Shown one piece after another: positions 14,541 through 28,400 of a stretch of DNA of 64,000 bases (position 1 is its first letter; each line of letters begins with the position of its first letter). This DNA comes from Eledone cirrhosa. Lineage: Eukaryota. Position numbers and translations under genes: made by a program. The notes below the pieces were generated by a model. That model did not search any database. It had not been told where the DNA came from and was given only the letters and a program-made list of their open reading frames with translations. The stretch covers positions 43,090,001 to 43,154,000 of the forward strand of contig OZ024746.1 in assembly GCA_964016885.1 (NCBI GenBank). The letters are read 5' to 3'.

Positions 14541-14600
14541 TTAATATAGATGAGATTCTACAGGACTAGAACTGTTTCATTCTTTAGAAATCATCAGGAA

Positions 14601-14655
14601 TGTGATTCCTGATGATTTCTAAAGAATGAAACAGTCCTAGTCCTGTAGAATCTCA
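14601..14655 (+). ncRNA. Type I hammerhead ribozyme motif inside a palindrome
   Basis: Stem I GATTC/GAATC, core CTGATGA 14609-14615, stem II TTC-TAAA-GAA, GAAA 14628-14631, stem III CAG...CTG, GTA cleavage triplet. Confidence 0.7.
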
Positions 14656-16868
14656 TCTATAATAAAACTTTTATACTCTGCAATGTATTGAGTACCTTAT
14701 TTACTGTGGTTACCTCCGATTCAACCCGGAATAACGTATATATATATATATATATAGTAGAAAATGAAAATCCTTGGTAGTGTAAAATATAATTGAAAAA
14801 AACCTCAAAAAAGCCATTTTTATAATTGTTCATATATATATGTATATATATATATATATACTGTACCTTGAATATAACAATGCTACACCGATTTTATTGG
14901 TGCTATGCAGCATTTTAGGAAGTAGAGCATAATAAAGAAACACCTATATGTTCAACAGATAGTTTCATTAGTGAACTCTCAGTTGATATCTGTCTGATAG
15001 GAATTCTGGCACTAAGCCCTTTCTGTATCAAAACAATCAAATGCTCTGGCTGGTGAATACAATTTATTTTATTGTTAGATTTCAGGAAATGTAATTACAG
15101 AATAAGAATAAAAAATATATATAGTAGTAAAACAAAAATAGCTGACTACTAACTTATATAATAGAAAAGAAAATACTGTTTCATGGAAAAATGGCAATTA
15201 ATCACTATTAGAAAATTGGTATTTGATATATTTCATACGAGCATATGATAGCTCGGACTAAAGAGAAATATTTAAGAAAAGTGTTTACTCAAATATTTGA
15301 TGTTAAACCAACAGTTTAATTTCAGTTTGGCAATTTCATAACATAATTCTTCAAATCAAACCAAACTATAGTTTTTGCACACCTGCCCTCCACCCTGCTT
15401 ACTACTACTGAGGCAGAGTTAGCTTCTCACAGGAGCAAGCTCCATGAGTTGGAATGGTTATTCTCAACAATGTTTTCTCTGGAGCACCATTCTCTCTATT
15501 CAGTCTGGAAACATACAGATCCACCTACACTCCAGGGAATGCTCGCCCACTTTGTCATGGTCTGCATCACTGGAGCAACAATACTGATTCCTTTCTTAAT
15601 GCAAGTTATTCAGTGACTTTATTTCAATAGAATGCATACAAGTTACAATACACTTCATACCTATTTTAGCAGTTAATATAAGAAAGAATAATATATATAT
15701 ATATAAGAAAATGATTGGTAACAGATTGGAAACAGCTTTTGATTTGAAAATGCTCTATATTTATATTTTATTAATATTTAAACTTAATACTATGTAAAAG
15801 GATCTTTGCATGATGGATAGAGGATTTCTGATTGCACCATTTTCCATAGTTAATTTCAATATTGCATATTACTAACTTTATAAATTATATACCCATAAGC
15901 TTCAGAGTTAACTGATCAAAACATACTCAAAATATGCACAAAAATACACATAATACTTTATATATATATGACACTGGCTTAGACCATAACAACCCATCCA
16001 ACACATACCATCATGGAAAGCTGGCATAAAAAGGGGGGGATGATGATGAGGAGATGGAGAATATAACAGATGAATTTACAGGTGAGACTACGGTTTTTGG
16101 TAAGGTATCACTACTTATACGATGGATGACATGTAGAAAATTGACTGTAATAAATTAAAGACATTTCCACAATATCAAAAATAAATCATATGCAACATAT
16201 TCTCTTTGCAGCATTTCAGACATGATCATTTTCACTTTTATCAGGAATTAACATCCTTTGTTTCAACAGAATATAAAACTAATTGATGTTTCAGATAATC
16301 AGAATTTTATGATATTCACACAGACACTCATATATAAGCAGACAGATTCACATGTATGCACTTATTAACAGATTTCACATTTCTAATGCCAAGAATTCTT
16401 TCATCCTATATAATGAAGAATCACAACATATCTAGGAAGGTATATGTTAGTTTGGCATGGGTTTTACATACACACATATATATATATATCCTGGGTTCAA
16501 TTGGGTGTAACCAAATTAAGGTACTCAATACATAGTATTTTTTGATGATTTCCTTTGAATAAAACAGTTCTAGTCCTGTAGAAGCCATTTATATATCAAA
16601 TATTACATATATATATATACATACACACAAGTGTATCAGACTAGACAAACTGAGTTTGTGCTGGTATGCGGAAATTTCCCACTCGCTCGATGATTCCATG
16701 GGACTTGCATTTCCAAAGTAAATGTCAGTGATTCAGAGTGTACACAGTTATTAGTGGTTAGAGCGGGACTATGTGCGAACATCATATAAATCAGTCTGGA
16801 GCAAATGAAATTTGTTCATTTCTTCCTTGTATCCTGTTCCCTGGAGTACAATAATAAAAAAAAAAAAA

Positions 16869-17453
<585 letters not shown>

Positions 17454-17726
17454 TATATATATATATGGAGGAAGTTATAGTTCACTTGAAGCATTGTGTA
17501 ATGAGGTATAAACGTTTGTATATGTATAATAAAGCCCCCAAAAATGCAGGTATGGACATAGAATAAAGAATGCAAATGCAAAAAATATTGTTGACAATTA
17601 GTCTTTTACCTTAGATTTATTTAAGTGTCCTTAATTTTTGAGATAATATCTCTTCTTCGGAGGGAAGTAAAGCGGTTAAACCAGTGTTCTAAATAGCTTG
17701 CCAAGTCATGCTGACAGGATGACTTG

Positions 17727-17870
17727 AAGGGCATCCAGCTGTAGAAAACCCGCCAGATAGTCCTATGCGAGCAAGATAATCACTCTTGCCTCAAGTGGGA
17801 AAACTCCCGTCCAAACCCATGCAAGCGTGGAACACGGACGTTAAACGTTGATGATGATGATGATGATGAT
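17727..17870 (+). mobile_element. RTE LINE 3' tail fragment
   Basis: Matches 11925-12070; (GAT)n tail. Confidence 0.8.
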
Positions 17871-17929
17871 ATATGCACACGCACACACACCCACATATAT
17901 ATATATATATATACCTCTACATAAAAATG

Positions 17930-18370
17930 GATGACTTTATGAAGCCTGTGTGTGAAGTGTGATGCTATATGGTAGTGAAACATGGGCAGTAACAGTAGAA
18001 AATATGAGAGAAATGAGGCAGCCATGCTTCATTGGATGTGCAATGTAAATGTGAGAGAAAAGAAGAGTTTGGCTGAACTGAAGGAGAAGCTGGGTTGATG
18101 AGGAATCCAAGGTGGTATGAAGTAGAGAAAACTGCATTGGTACAGACATGTGATGCACAAGGATGATCAATGGGTGAAACAGTGCCAGGAAGCTACTGTA
18201 GATGTAGACCCAGAAAACCTGAGCAGAGGTGGTGAGAGCTGTCATCAAATCACTGAGACTCACAGAGGAGATGATGAAAAAGGTGGCAAGTGGAGAGATG
18301 TTGTGCTCTGAGAAGAGCCCATGCGAGCATAGAAGAGTGGATGTAAAAACGATTATGAAAATGATGATGA
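17930..18370 (+). mobile_element. Degenerate RTE LINE 3' fragment
   Basis: Residual LYEACV..VMLYGSETWA...MLHWMCNV motifs with stops and frameshifts. Confidence 0.65.
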
Positions 18371-20177
18371 CTATATATATATCCGTCTAACCCATGCTAG
18401 CGTGGAAGATTGATGTTAAATGATGATGATGATCATGATGATATATATATATATATATATGTTTGTTTATATAGATATATATGTACATACATATATATAT
18501 AAATACATATATATACACATACACACATACATATGCACACACACATATACACACACACACATTTGTGTGTGTGTGTGTGTGTGGTTATTAGGTATACAGA
18601 ATGTGTTTGGCTTGATTCCCACAGATGTTACTATTATATTTTACGTATCACATTTAGCTTGTAAATAGATTTATCATTTAAATCCAAAGTTTATTATAAA
18701 AATCTTAAGAATATTTAAAATGAGTTGGGACTTATATAGAAAGATATGCAAATTTTTGCTGATAATGATCCTAATCGTTAATATAACATAAGAATTACAA
18801 ATGATGTTTAGAATTGAGCTCAGTTCCTACACTCTCCTGTACAGAGAGATGATGTGCCATAAACATCAAACAACATTATATCAGTTTTTTACCTCTGCAA
18901 GCAGATGTTAATGAACTAATAAGCAGAAAATATTGTCTCTCTTTTCTCAGAAACTTTCATTCCAACACCTCCCTTCAAATAGCAATCAACACTTTTCGTG
19001 GTAATAATCTACAGAATTACAATATTATGATTCATATTTATTCTTTTATGTATAACTCTTCAAATGTTTTTATGTCAAAATATTTTAGTTTCTATGCATA
19101 AAAATAGTTGTATTGCTTGTCTTTTTTTTGTTCTCGTATTTTTGTTTTATTGCCAAAAATTATCCGTTGGAATTCATCTCATTTTATAACAAGATAATCA
19201 ATGGGAAAATTAATTTTATGTTACAGGATTTTGTGTTACAAGATTTTCAGGCATGCGTAACTTCTGTAACACAGGATATTCTTACAAAATATAAGTTCCA
19301 ACATTACTCCTGAAAAACTCAGGCAATACCCATGTGAAAAAGCAGTTATAAATATCTAAAAAAATAAAACAAATGCAAATTTTACTTCAATATTATTTTA
19401 GATACCAAGTATAAAATTATATCATATCGATGAATAAGATTTTGATTGTTTGGGAACAATATAAAAATTTAATACATAAAGAAACAGATAAATAATGGAA
19501 CAGTTTTTTTCCCCCTTTTTCAAATGTATTCTTATGGCAATACATTTCTGATAAATTTTCCAAGGTAAGACATATACAATGAATATTTATCAGTAAATTC
19601 TCTTAGGCAGTAAACAGAAATTATTATTTTTATATCTCACCATCATACTTTCCTATTCAGTTTTATTTAATGATAAAATACAAATGAATAACTTAGATCA
19701 AAATATGTTGTGCTACAATATAAGGAGCTTCTAAATATATTAACCTTAAAATAAATATTTCTAGATATAATCAGAAACTGTAAATAAAGTGTTACATGAA
19801 TTGTTCAACAAAGTTGATCTATTTGTGTCATAATAAATGAAAAAACATTGTAGAGTTGCAAACAAAGAGTTATTCTCTGTCTTTTATATTTCCAGTTTCC
19901 ACGCAACAGTTGTCAATGATGAAGGTTGCAGACATCTTTTTTAACAAAACTCAATATTTGTAAGCTATATGTTTTATAAAACAAATTCTTTTAATGAAAG
20001 AATTCAAATATATGGCTGTATGGTTAAGGAGTTCGCTTCACACACACGTGATTTTAGGTTCAGTCACACTGCTTGGCACCATAGACAATTGCCTTCTACT
20101 ATAGCTTTGGTTAACCAATATCTTGTGAAAGTAATTTGGGAAATGGAATATGTTCAGGAGCCTGTTGTGTGTGTGAG

Positions 20178-20300
<123 letters not shown>

Positions 20301-20342
20301 ATAGTAATAATAATAAAATTGAAGACTAAAATCCAAAGATTA

Positions 20343-20396
<54 letters not shown>

Positions 20397-20580
20397 AGGT
20401 GAATTCCCAATGTATAGCAGGATGTGACCGGAATTAAAAAAGTTACTCGATACATTAGTGGAATATAGGCATCTTTATTATAGAAGTGCCTTCTACATAA
20501 CGAGAACTGTTTCATTTGTAATACATCTGATAATTTCTTACAAATGAAACAGATGTAATTCTGTAGAAGTGATTTGTATG

Positions 20581-20616
<36 letters not shown>

Positions 20617-21874
20617 CATGTGTGTGTGTGTAAGTAAGAATGTATTTGTACACGCATATATCTGTTTATGCACTGCTAAAATATGTACTGTAGTCAATAT
20701 TATCAACTAAATCCTTTGAAATGGCTACTCCCAGCATAGTTGCAGCCTAATGTCAGCAACTACTAATAAAAGAGGAAAAATGTGAATATGAAAAACCAAT
20801 ATTTTATTCAATATTTTTCAATAGCTCTTAAGTCATGATGTACTTTATTTCAGAATGAATATCATAGCAACTTCTTTTATGTTAGTCCTCTAAGGGCAGG
20901 TGTCAAAATGAAGGAACATTGCTTGTTGCATTTAAGATGTTTCCATTAAGAAATAAATCCGTTTTTACCCTAATTATTATATACAATTGTTGATAGTTGG
21001 TGAACATTTACACCATGTGGAAAGTATTGTTTATGGATGATTATGATGGTGTTAAACATTCAATAATGGATATGATAAAATAGCCATTTTGAGTTTTGAT
21101 AAAAGTTCTTTCTGTCTAGCAGACTATGCACTAGGTTTCAAAGATACATTTTCTTCATTTAATGTATGATGATTATGTCAAGAAAACATTGAAACTAGGA
21201 TTATTTTAAGATACCAATTGAAATCACCACCACTTTATCGAGTAAGTCAGGTGTATTTTATTGATACCAGCACTTCTAATTTCCAATGTGGCCTGAGCAC
21301 TGAGCACATTTTATTGTGGAACCAATATTACTATATTTCAACACTAAGGGGATTGTATCCTTAGCTAGTGATAGGAAGTGGGGGATTGAGACCAGGGTTT
21401 AGGCTGCCTGTTACTACCGCACAAATGAGGTGGGTGGACTGAAGGGGAGCGAGTGGCATCTGGCAGTATTGTGGCATGCACCTGGCTTTCCATGCTCGAA
21501 TGGTTAAGCAAGGAAGGGGAGTTAAGGGTTTTAATTTGGCAGTGCAAGTTGTTGGTGAGAGGGATAAGGAATGGTATGCATTATGTTATAGGGCAGTTTT
21601 GAAGAGAGAGAGACACCAAGTGAGCAAGCAGCATTTGATAGTACAGCGAAGGTGCAATCGCCTTTCGGTAAAATGGAGAGGAGGAATCAGGAATATGAAT
21701 GGGATGGTTAAGTGGGTAAGAAAAGTCCATGGAGGGAAGGGGAGATCACAGTGAAATGATCCTCTTTAGCATTTAAAAATATACCATTTTATTTATCAAC
21801 TCAGACTCAGAGGATTCAATCATAACACTTGAGTAACGTTTGTTAATAGCTAGAGTGGTGCACATATATATGAA

Positions 21875-22060
21875 GGCATGTGGCATGGTAGTTCGAGTGT
21901 TGGACTCACAATCATGTGGTGAGTTTGATTCCTCAACTGAGTGGTATGTTGTGACCTTGGGCAAGACACTTTATTTTACATTAGTCCAGTTCACTTAGCT
22001 GTAGACATGAGGCGTGATATCTCTAGTGCCAAGCTGCATTAGCCTTTGACTTTACCTTCG
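21875..22060 (+). mobile_element. CORE-type SINE, degenerate
   Basis: tRNA-like head plus CCTTGGGCAAGACACTTTATTT. Confidence 0.7.
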
Positions 22061-22329
22061 ACCACCACTGTCCTTTCCATTTTCTGGTGTAGCACCAAAA
22101 TAGGGAGACTTGATGGAAGTACTGAAGAGCATTTCATCAAATATCAACTGCCCACCATAAATGTTACTGGGAGCTTTCTAGATTCCATTAGATGCTAATA
22201 ATTTACACAGATATTAAATGTAAAATGCATGAAATTTCCTTTCAAATTAAGATTTTCGATTTCTTATATAATAAAGAGTAAAAACCCCTTCAGTTACAAA
22301 TGACCATTGGATTTGCACCTAGAAGGTTC

Positions 22330-22612
22330 CCCTCTAAGGGACAAGCTTGAGCGATGTATTTTTGTGCATGACGAGCAGTTGCCCAAACATACCAGTCTCA
22401 CCTCTGCATGCCCTAGATATTTTCCAAGGAAAAGGCAAAGGCTGATGCAGCTTGGCAGCAGATATATCACACCTCATTTCTACAGCTAAGTAAACTGGAG
22501 CAATGTAAAATAAAGTGTCTTGCCCATGGACACAACATACCACTCAGTCCAGGAATCAAACTCACCTCATGATTATGAGTCCAACACTCTAACCTCTAAG
22601 CCACGTGCCTTC
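22330..22612 (-). mobile_element. CORE-type SINE
   Basis: Reverse complement of the 21875 element type (AAATAAAGTGTCTTGCCCA...CTAAGCCACGTGCC). Confidence 0.75.
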
Positions 22613-22617
22613 ATATA

Positions 22618-22805
22618 TAATTGTTTCTACTTTTGGCACAAGGCCAGCAATTACCCAGTGTATTACTGGTACTTTATTTTATCGACCTCATATTGATGAA
22701 AGGCAAAGTTAACCTTGGCGGGATTTGAACTCAGAATGGCAAGGGCCGTAACTCTATGCGTCAAAGCATGGCATCCGACCCTCTACCGATACTGCCAATC
22801 CACCG
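22618..22805 (-). mobile_element. SINE family A
   Basis: Full-length reverse complement of 925-1108, with TSD CTTCATATATAAT on both sides. Confidence 0.85.
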
Positions 22806-23504
22806 CTTCATATATAATATAAGTCATATAACAAATTATTTCATGTAAGCTATTTAATAAATATTGATTTTGAACTCTGATACATAGCCATAGTGATGAA
22901 AAATCAAAATATCACCAGATGATGATAATTGTGAATTATTTTTGTTGGCAACATTTTAATTTTGTGGATAGCACCAGGTGTTAATTAATTGATTTCGTCA
23001 CAGAGAGACATTTCAATAAGAGAATAATAATTAAATCATCAACCACTTATGCTTAAAAATATATTTTGAAAATATTGAAAAAATACTCTTTTTTTATAGA
23101 GTGACAAGACATCTCGTCTGGGTCAAATTGTTTCTAAAATAATTTCACTCACACATAAAGTGACTATATATATTTTAAGATCCAAATTAAGTTGAGGAGC
23201 TTAATGAATAGAGAAAATATTATAACCAGCATTAAGAGTAAATCCTTCAATCAGTAATTTCTAATATTTCTTCATATTTGTTTCATCTATTAGTGTTTGT
23301 CAGATGTATGAATTTGTAAGGTGTTAAAAATGAGGGAAAGGGACAGGAGATCTGCAGTAACTGGAGAAATTTAAACTGATGATGATAAAATGATTATCAA
23401 AAGTATTGCAAACATATTAATTGAAAGTGATTTAAAATATAGATTGTATATAGGGCTGGGATTTTATGCAAGAGGGGAACACTTTGCTTTAATTTATATT
23501 TCAT

Positions 23505-23750
23505 GTAGCCTAGTGGTAAGGGTGTTGGGCTTATGATCATAATGTTGTGGGTTCAATTCTTGGGCTGGGTTGCATGTTGTGTTCTTGAGCATTTCATGTT
23601 GCTCCAGTATACTCTGCTGAAAATGACTACCAACAATAGCTGTGGGGTTTATCCCTGTGAAGGACTGGCACCCTGTCCAGGGGAAAGTATTGTACTCACA
23701 GTTGCTTTACACTAGGAAACTGGGATAGCCTAACAAGCTTTCTGGCTAAA
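23505..23750 (+). mobile_element. Degenerate CORE-type SINE
   Basis: TAGCCTAGTGGTAAGG A box, GGTTCAATTC B box, TTCTTGAGCA remnant. Confidence 0.6.
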
Positions 23751-24562
23751 GACAGACTTAGATCTTAGGATAGATGACATATTGAGTGAAAGATCTGGGA
23801 GAATGTTGATTTTTCAGAACATACACACCAATAGAAATATGCATTTAGAACCTTCAGAAAATATATTTAATTTTATAGTGGTATATCTACACAGTCAGAC
23901 TTGTAAGGTGGTAGTTTGAGCGCCTCAGTAAAAGACAAAGCTCGCCTTTTAAAGTGGTGATGCTGACACCACAATACTATGTTCTCAGTAAAGTGGTTGG
24001 CATTAGGAAAGGCATCCAAACATAGGAACCATGCCGAAAATGGTATGTATGAGCTAGAAGTGGTCACCCGACTGGTGTAGCCTGAGCATATGACAACTTA
24101 TCTAACCCATGTAAGCATGGAAATTAGATATTAAATGATGATGATGATGAGTCAATAATGCATCTAAAACTCATAAAAACATTTCTAAAAGAAAGACACA
24201 GAAGATATTCAAATATAAGCAAATGATACATACTCTAAATAAATAAAGCATTAACATATCTTCACTATCTTTCTTTTTGAAATGTTTTTATGTGTCTTAG
24301 ATGCATTATTGACTCCTCCTCCTCGTTGTTGTTAAATATCTAATTTCCATAGAAAGTGGGGCACCAATGCCAGCCCTCTGTTTTCCTGCAAAACACATTG
24401 ATTGAGGGCATCTTTGCAGTCAGATTAGGTCATAGGACACAAAAAAAAAAATCAATATATATATATATTAAAGAATTAAACAAGATTCAATGAGTATATC
24501 AAAGAATGAGTTTTACCTTGATTAAATCTTAACCATTTAACATCTCAGGGTATGTCATGTAT

Positions 24563-24622
24563 CATTATATTTTGTCTGATGAGGACGTACTGTTGTACAT
24601 CCGAAATATGTAGAATATAATG
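24563..24622 (+). ncRNA. Hammerhead-like motif, partly degenerate
   Basis: CTGATGA 24576-24582, stem II GGACGTAC-TGTT-GTACATCC, GAAA 24603-24606, flanks CATTATATTT/GAATATAATG. Confidence 0.55.
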
Positions 24623-24677
24623 TAATTGATCAAAAGAACATCTATTTTATTAATATTTGTATTTTAATATATATATA

Positions 24678-24827
24678 TCATCATCATCATCATCATCATC
24701 ATCGTTTAACGTCCATCTTCCACGCTTGCATGGGTTTGGATGGGAATTTTCCCACTTGAGGCAAGATTGGTTGTCTTGCTCGTATAGGACTGTCTGGCGG
24801 GTTTTCTATGGCTGGATGCCCTTCCTA
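24678..24827 (-). mobile_element. RTE LINE 3' tail fragment
   Basis: (CAT)n followed by the reverse complement of 17727-17850. Confidence 0.8.
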
Positions 24828-24835
24828 ATAATAAT

Positions 24836-25490
24836 AATAATTGTTTCTACTTTTGGCACAAGGCCAGCAATTACCCAGTACATTACTGGTACTTTATTTT
24901 ATCGATCCCATAAGGGTGAAAGGCAAAGTTAATCTCGATGGAATTTGAACTGAGACCGTAAAGGGACGTAACTATGGTAGAAAGCATGGCATCCAACCCT
25001 CTACCGATACTACCAATCCACCGCCCTCTCTATATATAATATAATAACATATATATAATAATAATTGTTTCTACTTTTGGCACAAGGCCAGCAATTATCC
25101 CAGTGTATTACTGGTACTTTTATTTTATTGACCCCCGTAAGGATGAAAGGCAAAGTTAACTTTGGCGGGATTTGAACTCAGAATTGAAAGGGCTGTAACT
25201 CTATGCATCAAAGCATGGTGTCTGAAATAATTGTTTCTACTTTTGGCACAAGGCCAGCAATTACCCAGTACATTACTGGCACTTTATTTTATCGACCCCG
25301 TAAGGATGAAAGGCAAAGTTAACCTCAGCGGGATTTGAACTCAGAGTGTACAGGCACCTAACTATACTGGACGTAACTATACATGGCGTCTGAAATAATT
25401 GTTTCTACTTTTGGCACAAGGCCAGCAATTATCCCAGTACATTACTGGTACTTTATTTTATCGACCCCGTAAGGATGAAAGGCAAGTTAA
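24836..25490 (-). mobile_element. Cluster of four head-to-tail SINE family A copies
   Basis: AATAATTGTTTCTACTTTTGGCACAAGGCCAGC recurs at about 24836, 25060, 25226 and 25394. Confidence 0.85.
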
Positions 25491-28400
25491 TATGAAATAC
25501 AAAGATCAAAATCTGAAAAGGACTCAGTAGGATTGCATACATTTTGCCCATCTCAAGAGAATGTCTTCATGTACTGCTGTTATATATTTAATCATAGAGG
25601 TAAATATACTATATAGTATAAAATACACAGCAACTGGTGTAAACCTTTCTAGGTACTTTGAGTTTCCCAAAGCAAGTTAATCTTACCTCTTTCATCAGCA
25701 ATTCCAATTGCTGAAGAATGAAGTAAGATCAACTTGCTTCAGGAAACCCAAAATACTCAGGAAGTTGGTATACACCAGTTTGCAATGTATTTTGTACAAT
25801 AATGTGTATATATATGTAAGAGATGGATATATACATATATTCAAATGATATGGAGAAATGCTATATATTTACGGTTAAAATAAATAGCATTTCCCATATC
25901 ATTTGTGCATACTTTATATTTTAATAGTATTATTATACAACATTTGATTTGATGATTTATATAGGCTTTGATATCACTCAATAGTTGGAATGAATAAGTA
26001 AAGCAGAGTTACTCTTTGATTACCTACTTTTTCTCACTTCAGATAGCATATTTGCTGTGATACTATTGTCAGATCAAACAACAGGTTATAGTTTTCTTTA
26101 AAAAAGAAATGCTGCAGAATAAAACTTTGCAGGAAATATGGCTATTTCCCAAACAAAAATATTTTACCTACTATCAGCTTACAGGATTAATATACTTTTA
26201 AGTAAATGAATTACACTCTATAAGTATTGTTCAAGTATAATAATGTCAACATTGGAATATCAGTATGGGAATAAATAACTTCTTTAGTTGATTAAATCAA
26301 CTGAAATATGGGACTGGTATATATCTTAATAACCTAGGAAAGATGAAAGGCATGTTCGGTCAGCCTTGTGGGATTTTAACTCAGAATGTAAAAGGACATA
26401 ACTAAATGCAGCAGTGCATTTAATCAATTGTTTTACTGATTCTACCAATCCTAAGAAGTAATAATAAATGCTATATAATCTCCTAAGACAATAACTACTA
26501 ACATCAACAGCAAAATTATTCTATTTTCTAAATATGTGAATGTTATCCAGTTGACATCAATGAAAATATAGATTGAATGAGAGTTTTTTCAATTTTTGCA
26601 CAGTCATCAATTTGGTAAAAAGATAGATAATATTTTAGGGGAAATTGAAGCAATTATATGAAAATAGTTCTCTTTTAATCATGAATTTCGTTAATCAAAA
26701 AGTGGGTCATATCTCATTGAAGCACATTCTTCGTAAGTGGGATTAGTGACAAATGTTCCTCATTCTTGGCTATTTCTATTATTAAAATTGTGTAAATCTG
26801 TTATCTTTTTCATTGAGAACTGGTTCAATTTAAAAGAAGGTAACTTGAACATTTCTTTTGGAAAAAAACATCTTATTTAGAACAATTTCTACTCTTATTT
26901 CACTGTACACAAGAACATTATTTACCAAAAAGCTTTATTTAATCTCATATCACTAATTCTATCGACTACTTTTATTTTCATTATTTTGTATAGTCATATC
27001 ATGCTTTCTCAATTTTTTGTTTTTGAAAGATGAAATTCATAATCTACACAATTAAGATGGTTTATATAAATTAAGTAGATGTTGATGTTTTGAATGATGA
27101 ACACAAACTTTTTTTAATGAATTGAAATTTGCCTCTTAGTTGGAGAAAGAGAACAATGTATGAGTAATCATTAGTTAATCAAAAATCAAAAATAAGATAA
27201 TTTAAAGAAATTAAGAATTAATTAGAAAAAAATTAGTTTGCAAAATTTCAATGAATCAAAATCTTTGTAACACAAAATAGTTTTTGTTGCATTTGTTTTT
27301 CAAGTGATTTGATCTAGGAATATGTTAAAAATAATAAAGAATTTTTTATATCTAAAGAATCAATAAAGCACATACAAAAAAGTAACTACATTGAAGGAAA
27401 AATACAAAACAACAGAAAAGTTTAAAAGAAAACAAACAAAATAGTTACAATGGAATTCAAAAATATACTAAAGAAAGAAATGAAGAGAAAAAACACTGCA
27501 TGGAAAATACCCTGCAAGATTTGACATGGAGGAAGTAAGTCTGCTTGAAAGCCAATAATAACGCAAAAGCTCCGGACTAAAATGTTAATGGATAATCTAA
27601 TTTTAGCAGCATGGGATCAATTAGACACAAAAATAAATATAAGAATGAAATAATGAAATAAATAGCTAGCATTACAATAAAACCACTCAATAGAAACTTT
27701 CTGGCAGCCCAGTCCTTGCAAAGTCAGAATATATCCACAGACATGTCTTAGTCATTAACAATGTCCATTAGGATATATGCTGACACCTCAATGAAAAAAC
27801 TTAGACAAATTGGTATAAGCATATACCGAATGCAATATAGGATAATTATCTTGTTACAAAAGTCTAAAATATGGCTATCCAAACTGACAAGGAGGCAATG
27901 ACAAATAATTCATATATAATTGTCAATATCATGAACAAAAATCTATAAACTCTGACAGGTTTCTACACCTTCTGACCAAAGTAGCATCTGCAAGGACATT
28001 GATTAATTATCAAAGTACAAAGATCCTAGAATGAAAATAAACAGATGATGGGATATGTTCATTGGTGTTATCCAATACTAAACACATACCACACGTCCCT
28101 AACAGCTCACACAACACATAAATCTCACAATCATACTATAACAAAATAACACAATTGACATAGTAGATATTCTAAATAACAAACAGATGACAAACTAAAT
28201 TAATGCCAGGAAATGAAAGTAACCTCAACAATAAAGCAAAACAGATATAGATAACTAATACAATTTTATACCCTTAAAAGACAATGCTGTACATTCTTCA
28301 TTAACATGGATGCACACATTGTGGTGTATTACAATTAAGCAGATAATTGTTGAAAACATGATAATAAATATGTTTAAAAACTGAAATATTTTCTTGTCAA

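Noticed and set aside
18892-19009. Minus-strand segment bounded by AG and GT, resembling an exon
   Set aside because: Stop codons in all three frames and no partner exons recognised.
27500-27960. Faint RT-like remnants (KAPD-like, IYK-like)
   Set aside because: Too degenerate to classify without a profile search.
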